Assembly: GCA_958296065.1 (NCBI GenBank)
Contig: CATQHX010000007.1
Coordinates: 4,275 to 68,274, forward strand
Direction: 5' to 3'
Length of the DNA: 64,000 nucleotides
Source: Vicinamibacterales bacterium
GTDB lineage: Bacteria; Acidobacteriota; Vicinamibacteria; Vicinamibacterales; UBA8438
Shown: positions 25,407 through 34,319 of the stretch, one piece after another
Numbering within the stretch: position 1 is the stretch's first letter
Layout of the letters: every line of letters starts with the position of its first letter
Translations under genes and position numbers: made by a program
The notes under the pieces: generated by a model
Told to the model about the DNA's origin: nothing
What the model saw: the letters and a program-made list of their open reading frames with translations, nothing else
The model's database searches: none

Positions 25407-26360
25407 ATGCTCAGCAGCCTGACTGCACGCGGCGGCCCGCTGGTTGTCGCGGCGATGCTGGTTGCGGTCGCCGCCGGCTGCAGCGCCCGCTCGGCCCCGT
25501 CGGCCGCCGTCGTCGACGCCCAGACCGCCGTCCGGGTCAAGACGGCTCTCGTCAATGATACGGAGCTCGGCACGCTGCCGATCGACGTTCGCGCGGCGGC
25601 CGGTGTCGTGACCCTGCGCGGGACGGTGAACTCCGCCGCCGAGGTGGACAGGGCGCTGGCCCTCGCGCGCGGGGTCGCGGGGGTGACCCGGGTCGAGTCG
25701 GCGCTTGCGGTCGGTGAACCCGATCCGGCGCTCGAAGCGGGGACCCGGCGCGATTCCCGGGACGGTGGAACGCGGGCCGCCAGCCGCCCGCGGCTGCCGG
25801 CGCTGGCGCCGCGGCCCGAGGAGGGGCCGATGCGCCTCTTCGGCCTGGGCGGCTCGGTGCGGCTGACGCGACCTTCGGAGACCGACCTGGAACGCACGCT
25901 GGCAGCAGGGCCGCTGCTGCGCCTGCGCCCGCGCAACGGGTTGGGGCCGACGGTGGCGTTCAACTGGACGAACACCGGGATCGAGACCGGTCCCGGGGGA
26001 CGGCCGGGCCTGGCCGCGATCCGCCTGCGGCCGGTGATGGGCGGGGTGGAGCTGGGCACGGTCCGGGGACGGTTCTGGGCCGGCGCGTCGGTGGTGGCCG
26101 GGTACTCGTTCAACCGGCTGCACGTCGATGCCACGCAAGTGGGTCCCGGACGGGCCATCGACGTGGGGCACAGCTTCGTGTGGCGTCCCGGCGCAGCGGT
26201 CTGGATCGACGTCACGAGGCGTATCGGGATCAACGTGTTCGGCGGTTACCTGTTCACGAGCCCCGCGGTGACGTTCGCAAGCGACACGTCGATCGCGACC
26301 GAGCGGGTCGATGCCGATTCGGCCGTGGTCAGCGTGGGCGTCGCATACTGGATCTTCTGA
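25407..26360 (+). CDS. BON-domain lipoprotein with C-terminal beta-barrel-like domain
   Basis: Lipobox VAAGC. BON motif VRVKTAL......L....IDV....GVVTLRGTV.S..E..RA..LA..V.GV. C-terminal alternating strands ending ...GVAYWIF. Confidence 0.65.
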   Translation: MLSSLTARGGPLVVAAMLVAVAAGCSARSAPSAAVVDAQTAVRVKTALVNDTELGTLPIDVRAAAGVVTLRGTVNSAAEVDRALALARGVAGVTRVESALAVGEPDPALEAGTRRDSRDGGTRAASRPRLPALAPRPEEGPMRLFGLGGSVRLTRPSETDLERTLAAGPLLRLRPRNGLGPTVAFNWTNTGIETGPGGRPGLAAIRLRPVMGGVELGTVRGRFWAGASVVAGYSFNRLHVDATQVGPGRAIDVGHSFVWRPGAAVWIDVTRRIGINVFGGYLFTSPAVTFASDTSIATERVDADSAVVSVGVAYWIF

Positions 26361-26410
26361 GGAAACACTCGCCCGCGCAGCGGCATAGGCAGCGGGCGAC
26401 GGAGGACGTG

Positions 26411-27196
26411 ATGTCCGGCTTCGTGCGTGAGGTCGTCGTGACGCGTCTGGCGCGGGGAGGGCACGCGATGACCTTCGCCGGCCGGGCGTTGCGGGACATT
26501 TTCCGCCCTCCGTTCGAGCTCAAGGAGACGGCCCGGCAGGTGTACGAGCTCGGCTGGCGTTCGCTGCCGCTGATCGCTGCCGCCGGCTACGCGGTGGGCA
26601 TCGTGATGTCGATGCACACGCGGGCATCGCTCGAACGGTTCGGTGCGGAGGCGCTGGTCCCGGCGGGGCTCGCCCTGGCGCTCGTGCGCGAGACCGGGCC
26701 GCTCGTGTGCGGGTTGCTCCTCTCGGGTCGGGTCGGGGCGGGCGTCGGGGCGGAGTTGGGTGCGATGAAGGTGACCGAGCAGATCGACGCGCTCGAGGCG
26801 GTGGCGGTGGATTCGTTCAAGTTCCTGGTCGTCACGCGCGTCGTCGCGTGCATGATTGCGATGCCCATCCTCACCGCGGTCATGAACTTCATGGGCATGC
26901 TCGGCGGCTGGACGGCGGAGTCGGCCGTCTCCGGCATGGGCTTCGAGGCCTATTTCCGGGCCGCCTTCTCGCTCCTTCAGTTCAGCGACTACGTGCCCGG
27001 CACGCTGAAGACGATGGTCTTCGGGTTCATCATCGCGGTCACCGCGTCGTATCTCGGCGTCCACACCTCGGGCGGCACTCAGGGGGTGGGCTACGCGGCG
27101 ACCCGCAGCGTCGTCACAGCGTCGATCCTGATGATTGCGGCCAATGTGGTGCTCGTGCGCCTCATCTTCTTCATTTTTCCGGAGATGGCGGAGTGA
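26411..27196 (+). CDS. mlaE: MlaE-family ABC transporter permease
   Basis: GGAGGA before the ATG. LVRETGPLV..LLL.GRVGAG..AELGAMKVTEQIDAL is the MlaE/YrbE signature. Confidence 0.85.
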   Translation: MSGFVREVVVTRLARGGHAMTFAGRALRDIFRPPFELKETARQVYELGWRSLPLIAAAGYAVGIVMSMHTRASLERFGAEALVPAGLALALVRETGPLVCGLLLSGRVGAGVGAELGAMKVTEQIDALEAVAVDSFKFLVVTRVVACMIAMPILTAVMNFMGMLGGWTAESAVSGMGFEAYFRAAFSLLQFSDYVPGTLKTMVFGFIIAVTASYLGVHTSGGTQGVGYAATRSVVTASILMIAANVVLVRLIFFIFPEMAE

Positions 27197-27942
27197 ACGA
27201 GCCAGGCCCGGCCATCAGGCTCGATCACGTGTCGAAGGCGTTCGGCACGTTCCGCGTGCTCGACGACGTTTCGATCAGCATTCCCCGCGGGCGTGCCACC
27301 GTTGTGCTCGGTCGGAGCGGGACCGGGAAGAGCGTGACGCTGCGGCACATCGTCGGTCTGTTGCAGCCGGACGCGGGCCGCGTGTTCGTCGACGATGCCG
27401 AGATCACCGCGCTCTCCCCGTCCGAGCTGGCGGTGGTACGGCAGCGCATCGGCTTCCTGTTCCAGAACGCGGCGCTGTTCGACTCGATCACCGTAGCCGA
27501 GAACGTGGCGTTCCCGCTGCGGCGGCACTCGACGCTGACCGACGGCGAGATCCGGGCGCGCGCGCTGGAGAAGCTGGCGGCGGTGGGTCTGGCGCGCGCG
27601 GCGGAATCGATGCCGGGGGCGCTCTCCGGCGGCATGCGGAAGCGGGCCGGCCTGGCGCGGGCCATGGCGCTCGATCCGGCGATTCTGCTTGTCGACGAGC
27701 CGAGCGCGGGCCTCGATCCGGTGACTTCGGAGGAGATCGACGACCTGCTGGTTCAGTTGAAGGCGGAGCGGGGGACGACGCTGGTCGTGGTCACGCACAA
27801 CATCCCGAGTGCCCGTCGCATAGCGGATACGATGCTGTTCCTGCACGAGGGCCGCGTGTTGGCCCGCGGTACGGCGGAGGAACTGGAGCGGAGCGAGCAC
27901 GAGCTGGTGCGGAAGTTCATGCAGTCGGAGGCCGGCGGGTGA
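27193..27942 (+). CDS. mlaF: MlaF-family ABC transporter ATP-binding protein
   Basis: Walker A GRSGTGKS, signature LSGGMRKR, Walker B LLVDEP, H-loop VTHN. GTG overlaps the mlaE stop (GTGA). Confidence 0.9.
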   Translation: MNEPGPAIRLDHVSKAFGTFRVLDDVSISIPRGRATVVLGRSGTGKSVTLRHIVGLLQPDAGRVFVDDAEITALSPSELAVVRQRIGFLFQNAALFDSITVAENVAFPLRRHSTLTDGEIRARALEKLAAVGLARAAESMPGALSGGMRKRAGLARAMALDPAILLVDEPSAGLDPVTSEEIDDLLVQLKAERGTTLVVVTHNIPSARRIADTMLFLHEGRVLARGTAEELERSEHELVRKFMQSEAGG

Positions 27943-28078
27943 CCGTGGGTCGCACGACGGAGACGCCTCCGGAGGCGGATGCCTTGATGGTTCGGCGTGC
28001 GTCCGAGGACGATGGAACCCGCAGGCGCGCGGGAACCCGCAGGCGCGCGCGGTAGATTCGCAGGAGAGGGAGGTTCTG

Positions 28079-29428
28079 ATGGGGTCCCCACGTCTCGCGC
28101 TGGTCGGCGCGTTCGTCATCGGCGGGCTGTTGCTGTTCGCCGTCGGACTGTTCATGATCGGCGACCGCCGGCTGCTGTTCAGCGAGCAATTCGAGATTGA
28201 GGCCGACTTCGGCAACGTGGCCGGCGTAGAGATCAGCACCGCGGTCCGGTTGTCGGGCATGCCCGCGGGCGAAGTCATCGGCATCGAGATTCCGGACGCG
28301 CCGGGCGGCCGGTTCGTGGTGCGGATGCGTGTCCGGGAGGATCTGCACTCGCTGGTACGCACCGACTCCGAGGCCGCGATCCTGTCGGACGGCCTGCTCG
28401 GCTCGGCGTTCATTCAACTGCGCGCCGGCAGCGAGACGGCGCCGCTCATCCCCGCCGGCGGCGCGCTGAGAGGCGTTGACGCGGTGGAGATCGCCGACCT
28501 GATCGCGGAAGGCCGGGAGACGTTTCGCATCGCGGCGGACCAGATGGTGCAGATGCGTGCCGATCTGTCGGAGACGTTCGTCGGCTTCGAGGAGACGATC
28601 TCCAGCACGACGCGCCTCGTCGACGGCATCGGGAACGACGTTCAGCGTGTGACCGGCGCCAGCGCTAGCCTGGTCGACGAGACGCGAGGCATGGTCGCCG
28701 AGGTGCGCCGGGTGATGGGCACGGTGACGAGCGGCCAGGACGCCGTCGAGAGCGTGCTCCGCGAGACCGAAGGGACGATGCGGGCGGTGCGCCAGAGCGC
28801 CGAGCATGTCGAGGACGCGATCGCCCGCTTCACCGGCCCCGACAGCGCCACCCAGCGGTTGCTGGTCGAGGCCGGGGACGTCATGGGCCGTGCGCGCGAG
28901 GCGATGGCGGACGTGGCCGACAATACGGAGGCATTGAAGCGCAACTGGCTCTTCCGGGGTTTCTTCTCCGAGCGCGGGTTCTACAACCTCGACGAGCTGA
29001 CCATCGACGAGTACCGCACCCTCCTGGGTGACGATCGCTACGCGCCGCTCCGGATCTGGCTCGCCGCGGACCGGCTTTTCGAGACCGATCCCGGCGGCGG
29101 CCTGTCGCTGCGGGACGACGCCGGCCGGCGGATCGAGGAGGCGATGGGCGAGCTGCTCCAGTACCCGCGGAACAGCCCTGTCGTCGTGGAGGGTTACGCC
29201 ACGCAGGGCGAGATCGGGCGGCGCATGCTCGATGCGCTCGCCCGCGCGGAGCTGGTGCAGCGGTACGTCGTACGGGCGTTTCGCCATGCGAGCGGGACCG
29301 CCACGATGGCGCTGGGCGCGGAGGCGGCCGAGAGTCCGTCGGGAGACGGGCGCTGGGACGGGGTAGCGTTGACGCTGTTCGCGGACCCGGAGCAGCTCGC
29401 ACGCTCCGGCGCGGCGGCAGCGCAGTGA
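28079..29428 (+). CDS. mlaD: MCE/MlaD-domain protein with long helical region and OmpA-like C-terminal domain
   Basis: N-terminal TM, MCE core (F.IEADFGNVAGVEISTAVRLSGMPAGEV), ~200 aa helical segment. C-terminal VVVEGYATQGE....LARAELVQRYVV......WDGVALTLF resembles OmpA_C. Confidence 0.8.
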   Translation: MGSPRLALVGAFVIGGLLLFAVGLFMIGDRRLLFSEQFEIEADFGNVAGVEISTAVRLSGMPAGEVIGIEIPDAPGGRFVVRMRVREDLHSLVRTDSEAAILSDGLLGSAFIQLRAGSETAPLIPAGGALRGVDAVEIADLIAEGRETFRIAADQMVQMRADLSETFVGFEETISSTTRLVDGIGNDVQRVTGASASLVDETRGMVAEVRRVMGTVTSGQDAVESVLRETEGTMRAVRQSAEHVEDAIARFTGPDSATQRLLVEAGDVMGRAREAMADVADNTEALKRNWLFRGFFSERGFYNLDELTIDEYRTLLGDDRYAPLRIWLAADRLFETDPGGGLSLRDDAGRRIEEAMGELLQYPRNSPVVVEGYATQGEIGRRMLDALARAELVQRYVVRAFRHASGTATMALGAEAAESPSGDGRWDGVALTLFADPEQLARSGAAAAQ

Positions 29429-29483
29429 ACGCCCACGCGCTGCCGGGCTCGATCGCCTGAGGACGGACTCCGGATGAAGCGGT

Positions 29484-30098
29484 TCAGTCGACCGTGAGGC
29501 CGGCGGCGTCGGCCAGCAGCGGGTAGAACTGCAGGAAGACGTTGTCGCGCGCTGCGTGGTCGATGTGGCACGCGTAGCAGCGGTTCCCGGGCGGCTGGGG
29601 TTGCGCGGTGGTCAGGGCATTGGCGCCGCCCCGGAAGTCGTAGTAGGCCCAGCCGGCCTCGACCCGCTCCTTGTCCTTGACCGCCAGCTCCACCGCGAGG
29701 ACGTCGGATGCGAACCGGCCGTGGCGCGCCGGCATCGCGTCGGCCTCCGTGCTCCGCACAAGCAGCGCCAGCATGGTTCCCTCGCGGAACTCGCCCGTAC
29801 GGACGAAGTGGTCGTAGGCGGTCGGCTCCATCAGCGTGTGGTTGAACGACTCCCGCTGCGGAGGCTCGTCGTTGTAGCTGAGGCCCAGGGAGGCGCCGAC
29901 GAAGGTCCAGCGCAGGTAGTCGTCCGGAAGGTGCAGGGCGCCGTTCGCGTCGTAGCGGGGCATGACCGTCGGTGCTTCGTCGCCCGCGGGCTGCGCGGCG
30001 AGGTGTGCAGCACCGACGACGGCCAGCGTGACGATGGCGGCGGTCAGCAGGAGCGCGAAACCCGGGGACCGGTGTCGCTGTCTCGGCATCGATTTCAC
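29484..30098 (-). CDS. Cytochrome P460-family periplasmic haem protein
   Basis: Signal peptide. YLRWTFVG, TGEFREGTML, AGWAYYDF, and near-C-terminal CYACH followed by DNVFLQFYPLL. Confidence 0.65.
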   Translation of the reverse strand: MKSMPRQRHRSPGFALLLTAAIVTLAVVGAAHLAAQPAGDEAPTVMPRYDANGALHLPDDYLRWTFVGASLGLSYNDEPPQRESFNHTLMEPTAYDHFVRTGEFREGTMLALLVRSTEADAMPARHGRFASDVLAVELAVKDKERVEAGWAYYDFRGGANALTTAQPQPPGNRCYACHIDHAARDNVFLQFYPLLADAAGLTVD

Positions 30099-30246
30099 TC
30101 CATTGCGGGTTCACGCGCAGGCGCCGTCGGTACCGCCCGCCACGGGCCAGGCTCGCGATCGGGTTCCAATCCCCGTGGCGCGAGAAAGCATTCAGTTTGT
30201 CGCGTCCGGCCGGGTCGGTCAAGCGGTGTGGGCCTATGGCGATCCG

Positions 30247-32475
30247 TCACGCCAGCAGCCGCCACACCTGCGTGACGACAAAGCAGACGGCGATGCCCAT
30301 CGCCACCGGCAGCAGCGAGGCGACGGTGGTCCAGCGGGCGCTGCGGGTCTCCTTGTAGATGGTGTAGATGGTCGTCGAGCAGGGATTGTGGAGCAGGCTG
30401 AAGAGCATCAGGTTGACCGCGGTCAGCAGCGTCCACCCGCCGGCGCGCAGCAGGTCGCCGGTTGCCTCCACGCTGTCGAGCTCGAACATGACTCCGGTGC
30501 CGGCCCCCGTGCCCGCCGCCGCGCCCCCCGCGGTCAGGACCGTGAGCATCAGCACGGTGGGGATGACGATCTCGTTGGCGGGAATCGCTACCACGTAGGC
30601 GAGGAGGATCACGCCGTTGAGACCGATCAGCAGGCCGAGCGGGTCGAGCCACTCCACCGCGTGCACCGCGATGCTCGCGTCGCCGACGGTCACGTTGGAC
30701 GAGAGCCAGATGACGGCGCCGGCCGGTACGGCGAACACCACCGCGCGCCACAGTACGATGAGGGTGCGGTCGATGAGCGAGGTGTAGAGCGTCTGGAGCA
30801 CCCGCGGCGGGCGATAGGGGGGCAGCTCCAGGCTGAAGCTCGTCGCCTCCCCGCGCAGGACGGTATTGGACAGGAACCACGACGCGACGAACATCGCGCC
30901 GATGCCGAGCACGGCGATGCCGACCACTGCCCCCGCGGAAGCCAGGCCGGCGAGATGCGCGGGGGCGAGCGCGCCGATGAAGATCGAGGCGATGAGGATC
31001 TGGGTCGGCCAGCGTCCGTTGCAGAGCGAGAAGTTGTTCGTGATGATGGCGATGAGCCTCTCGCGCGGGCTGTCGATGACGCGGGTGGACACGACACCGG
31101 CGGCGTTGCACCCGAATCCCATGCACATCGTGAGCGCCTGCTTGCCGTGCGCGCCCGCCCTGCGGAACAGCGCGTCGAGGTTGAAGGCGACGCGCGGCAG
31201 GTAGCCGAAGTCCTCCAGCAACGTGAAGATGGGGAAGAAGATGGCCATCGGCGGCAGCATCACGGCGACGACCCAGGCGGTCGCCAGGTACACGCCGTCG
31301 AAGAGGAAGCCGTTCAGCCACCAAGGCAGGCCGACGGCGTCGCCGGCCGCTTTCAGCGCCGGATGCGTCGCGTCGATCAGCAGTGCCGCCAGCAGGCCCG
31401 ACGGCACGTTGGCGCCCTCGATGGTGATCCAGAAGACCGCGGCGAGAATCGCCAGCATCAGCGGGAAGCCGAGCCAGCGGTTCGTCAGCAGCCGATCCAG
31501 AGTGCGGTCGACATTGAACCCGGCCTTGCGCACGCCGCGCGCCGCCGCTCGTTCCGCGATGTCGTGCGCCGCCGCGTAGGTGCGCTCCATCAGCGTGTCG
31601 TGAAAGTCCGCGGGCACGTCCCACCGCAGACGCTGTGCCGTCTCCAGCACCCGCGCGCGGACCGGTTCCGGGGGCGCCGGGGGCGGCGGCGCTCCGGTAT
31701 CGTCGTTGCCGAGCTGGCCCAGTTCGCCGGAGCGGACGGCGTCGGCAACCGCGTCATCGGCGTTCAGCAGGCGCTGCGCCACCCACCGGCTGCTGGGTAC
31801 GGTGGGGAAGACCTCTTCGACCACTTCGGCGAGAGACGCCACCGCGTCCTCGACGTCGGGCGACTGCTGGGCGAGACGGAACGGCCTCGTGCGCGTCCCG
31901 CCGATGGCTACCCCGTGCGCGGCGTCCAGCAGCGCGTCGATGCCGAGCGACGAGCGGGCGGAGCCGGCTACCACCGGCACGCCGAGCTCCCGCTCCAGCC
32001 GCGCCGCGTCGATTGCGATGCCATGGCGCCGGGCTTCGTCCATCAAGTTGACGTAGACGACCACGCGATCCGTGATGTCGAGGATCTGCAGCACGAGGTT
32101 CAGGTTGCGTTCGAGCCGGGTGGCGTCCACCACCACCACCGTGACATCGGGTCGGCCGAACAGGATGAACTCGCGGGCTACCTCTTCATCCGCGCTGCCG
32201 GCCTGCAGGGAGTAGGTGCCCGGCAGGTCGACGATCTTCACGCGCGAGCCGCGGTGCGCGAACGCTCCTTCGGCGCGGACGATGGTCTTGCCGGGCCAGT
32301 TGCCGGTGTGTTGACGCAGGCCGGTCAAGGCGTTGAAGACGGTGCTCTTGCCGACGTTGGGGTTGCCGGCGAGCGCCACCAGCAGGTCCCACTTGCCGGG
32401 GCTCAGGCCGAGCCGGATCAGGCTCTGAGCGCGGTGCTCGGCGCGGCTGCCGCATGCCGGGGCCGGTAGCGCCAT
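30247..32475 (-). CDS. feoB: Ferrous iron transporter FeoB
   Basis: G-domain GNPNVGKSTVFNALTG, DLPGTYSL, NLMD, and a large polytopic permease domain. The ATG overlaps the upstream stop by 1 nt (TGATG). Confidence 0.9.
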   Translation of the reverse strand: MALPAPACGSRAEHRAQSLIRLGLSPGKWDLLVALAGNPNVGKSTVFNALTGLRQHTGNWPGKTIVRAEGAFAHRGSRVKIVDLPGTYSLQAGSADEEVAREFILFGRPDVTVVVVDATRLERNLNLVLQILDITDRVVVYVNLMDEARRHGIAIDAARLERELGVPVVAGSARSSLGIDALLDAAHGVAIGGTRTRPFRLAQQSPDVEDAVASLAEVVEEVFPTVPSSRWVAQRLLNADDAVADAVRSGELGQLGNDDTGAPPPPAPPEPVRARVLETAQRLRWDVPADFHDTLMERTYAAAHDIAERAAARGVRKAGFNVDRTLDRLLTNRWLGFPLMLAILAAVFWITIEGANVPSGLLAALLIDATHPALKAAGDAVGLPWWLNGFLFDGVYLATAWVVAVMLPPMAIFFPIFTLLEDFGYLPRVAFNLDALFRRAGAHGKQALTMCMGFGCNAAGVVSTRVIDSPRERLIAIITNNFSLCNGRWPTQILIASIFIGALAPAHLAGLASAGAVVGIAVLGIGAMFVASWFLSNTVLRGEATSFSLELPPYRPPRVLQTLYTSLIDRTLIVLWRAVVFAVPAGAVIWLSSNVTVGDASIAVHAVEWLDPLGLLIGLNGVILLAYVVAIPANEIVIPTVLMLTVLTAGGAAAGTGAGTGVMFELDSVEATGDLLRAGGWTLLTAVNLMLFSLLHNPCSTTIYTIYKETRSARWTTVASLLPVAMGIAVCFVVTQVWRLLA

Positions 32476-33539
32476 CAGGCGACCTCCTCGACCGGGCGCT
32501 CGGCGCCGTCGATGTCGTGCGCCCCGGCGCGTTCGACGTGAATCCAGGCCGCCTGGGTCCGGCGCAGCGCAATGAGGGCGCCCCGGATGCGGTAGGCGAC
32601 GGGATCCCCGGCCGCGCTCGCCAGCTCCGGCGTGATCGGCGTATTGCGCACCACGCCGAGGTCGAGCAGCCGGCGCCGTTGGGTTCCCTGGCAGGCGCGG
32701 GAGATGCCGGTGACACTGACGGTCTCGCCCGGCGCCGCGTCGAGCAGGGTCGTACGGCTCGTCTCGGCCCGTTCGCCCGGCGGCAGGTACTGCACCGTGA
32801 TGTTGCCGGCGGCCACGGTATCGATTTCCCATTCGCGTCCGCCGCTGCGCACCCGGACGGCGCTGTCGGTGCGTGCGACGACATCCAGGCGGCCTCCCAG
32901 GAGGAGCCCATCGCGGATCAGCGCGTCGTAGATCTCCCGGGGCTCGTCCTCCAGGTGCAGAATCTCCACCGTCCGCCCCGGCGCGGCCGATACCAGGCCG
33001 ATGCCCTGGTCGGGTGGGATGTCGCCGCTGGAGGTCGGAATGGGGTCCCCGTGCGGGTCCCAGCGGGGGTGGCCCAGCCGTGTGTCGAGCGCGTCGACCT
33101 CCGCGGCGGACAGCGCGTGTTCCATGTGCTCGGCCTCGTCATGCCACTCGCTGGCCGGCACCCCGGTGCGGTCGGCCAGGTACCGCTCCCACATGCGGTG
33201 CGTTCGCACCAGGCGGAGCGCGGTCCGGCGCCCTTCGTCGGTCAGGGTGGGACCATCGCCGCCGGTGTGGACCAGCGCCATCGCGGTCAGGCGCGAGAGG
33301 AGGGCCGCCGCACGGGTCCTGGAGACCTCGAGCCGCCCGGCGAGACTCTCCAGCGAGCAGGTGCGGCCGGTCCGCTCGCACGTGTAGATGTGCTTGACCG
33401 CGTCCTCGAGCAGGACCCGCTCGCTCAGCAGCAGGAGCCGCCGCAGACGGGGCGCGAGTCCGGTCCGGGGCCAGAGGAGCGCTGCCGCAACGGTCACCAG
33501 CATGCAGAACGCGATGAGCGCGAGCGCAGGGTTGGGCAT
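32475..33539 (-). CDS. DtxR/MntR-family metalloregulator with N-terminal TM helix, fused to SH3-like and FeoA domains
   Basis: ALALIAFCMLVTVAAALLW helix. DtxR core (TDEGRR.ALRLVRTHRMWERYL, HDEAEHMEHAL, HPRWDPHGDPIP). Two FeoA/SH3-like modules (GRTVEILHLED..., GETVSVTGISR..RRRLLDLGV). Confidence 0.8.
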   Translation of the reverse strand: MPNPALALIAFCMLVTVAAALLWPRTGLAPRLRRLLLLSERVLLEDAVKHIYTCERTGRTCSLESLAGRLEVSRTRAAALLSRLTAMALVHTGGDGPTLTDEGRRTALRLVRTHRMWERYLADRTGVPASEWHDEAEHMEHALSAAEVDALDTRLGHPRWDPHGDPIPTSSGDIPPDQGIGLVSAAPGRTVEILHLEDEPREIYDALIRDGLLLGGRLDVVARTDSAVRVRSGGREWEIDTVAAGNITVQYLPPGERAETSRTTLLDAAPGETVSVTGISRACQGTQRRRLLDLGVVRNTPITPELASAAGDPVAYRIRGALIALRRTQAAWIHVERAGAHDIDGAERPVEEVA

Positions 33540-33590
33540 GAGAATTTGATTATTCAAAAAAAGGATCTCGGCTAGTCTAAACCACCGCGC
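33540..33590 (-). promoter_or_regulatory. AT-rich promoter/operator region of the dtxR-feoA-feoB operon
   Basis: Minus strand reads GGTTTAGACTAGCCGAGATCCTTTTTTTGAATAATCAAATTCTC-ATG. TTAGACTAGCCGAGA matches 11 of 15 positions of the IdeR/DtxR box half TTAGGCTAACCTAAA. AATAAT lies 9 nt before the ATG and there is no SD. Confidence 0.35.
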
Positions 33591-33620
33591 CGCGCCCGTC
33601 CAGCACAGCCCTGTCGTCGA

Positions 33621-33724
33621 GGAGTTTGCGCCGCAGAAACGCAACGGAGTGAAGTTCTGCGGCGCAGACTCCTGGAGTGGGGGGGATGGGCCGAAACGCC
33701 GAGCCCGCGAGGCGTTCGGGGCGC
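33621..33724. repeat. Single unit of the ~104-bp double-hairpin repeat family (opposite orientation to 56151-56360)
   Basis: GGAGTTTGCGCCGCAGAA...TTCTGCGGCGCAGACTCC hairpin, G-rich spacer TGGAGTGGGGGGGATGGG, then CCGAAACGCC...GGCGTTCGG hairpin. About 85% identical by eye to the reverse complement of 56151-56254. Confidence 0.85.
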
Positions 33725-33779
33725 TTGCTGGTATCATCAACGGTCGGCGAGAATCCTGTACCGCCGGAGGAGGTTCCTC

Positions 33780-34247
33780 ATGTACCGCTGGATCACCGTT
33801 TCGCTTGCGATCTCGGCCGCCCTGGCCATCGGACTGCCGCTTGTGGCCGGCGCACAGGACACCCTCGTCCAGCGCGGCGCGGCCATCGGCGACTCTCCGG
33901 TGGTCGACCTCGCGGACGCACTTCAGTCGGTTACCGCCTACGCCGACCGGACGGTGACTGTCGAGGGTACGGTGAACCGCGTGTGCCAGATGAAGGGTTG
34001 CTGGATGGAGCTGGTGCCGTCGGGCGCGGACCGCGGCATCCGGGTCACGTTCAAGGACTACGCCTTCTTCGTGCCGACCGATTCCAGCGGCGCTTCGGCT
34101 CGCCTGGAGGGGATGTTCGAGCAGAACAACTTCTCGAAAGCGGACGCCGACCACCTGATCGCCGAGGGCGTGGCTCTGACGCGCAACCCGGACGGGACGG
34201 CGACCGAGGTCAGCTTTGTCGCGCAGGCGGTCGAGCTGCGGAGGTAG
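33780..34247 (+). CDS. DUF4920-like secreted protein
   Basis: Signal peptide; VEGTVNRVCQMKGCWMEL....RVTFKDYAFFVP motif as recalled for DUF4920. Confidence 0.55.
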   Translation: MYRWITVSLAISAALAIGLPLVAGAQDTLVQRGAAIGDSPVVDLADALQSVTAYADRTVTVEGTVNRVCQMKGCWMELVPSGADRGIRVTFKDYAFFVPTDSSGASARLEGMFEQNNFSKADADHLIAEGVALTRNPDGTATEVSFVAQAVELRR

Positions 34248-34319
34248 CGCCCCTGCGAATTCCGTCCTGCGAGCCGGAAAACGGCTACCGAGCGAATCGA
34301 TACGGTCGAAAGAGTGGCG

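Noticed and set aside
29962-32469. 835-aa plus-strand ORF
   Set aside because: Antisense to feoB, which has unambiguous G-domain motifs. Extremely Arg/Gly/Asp-rich.
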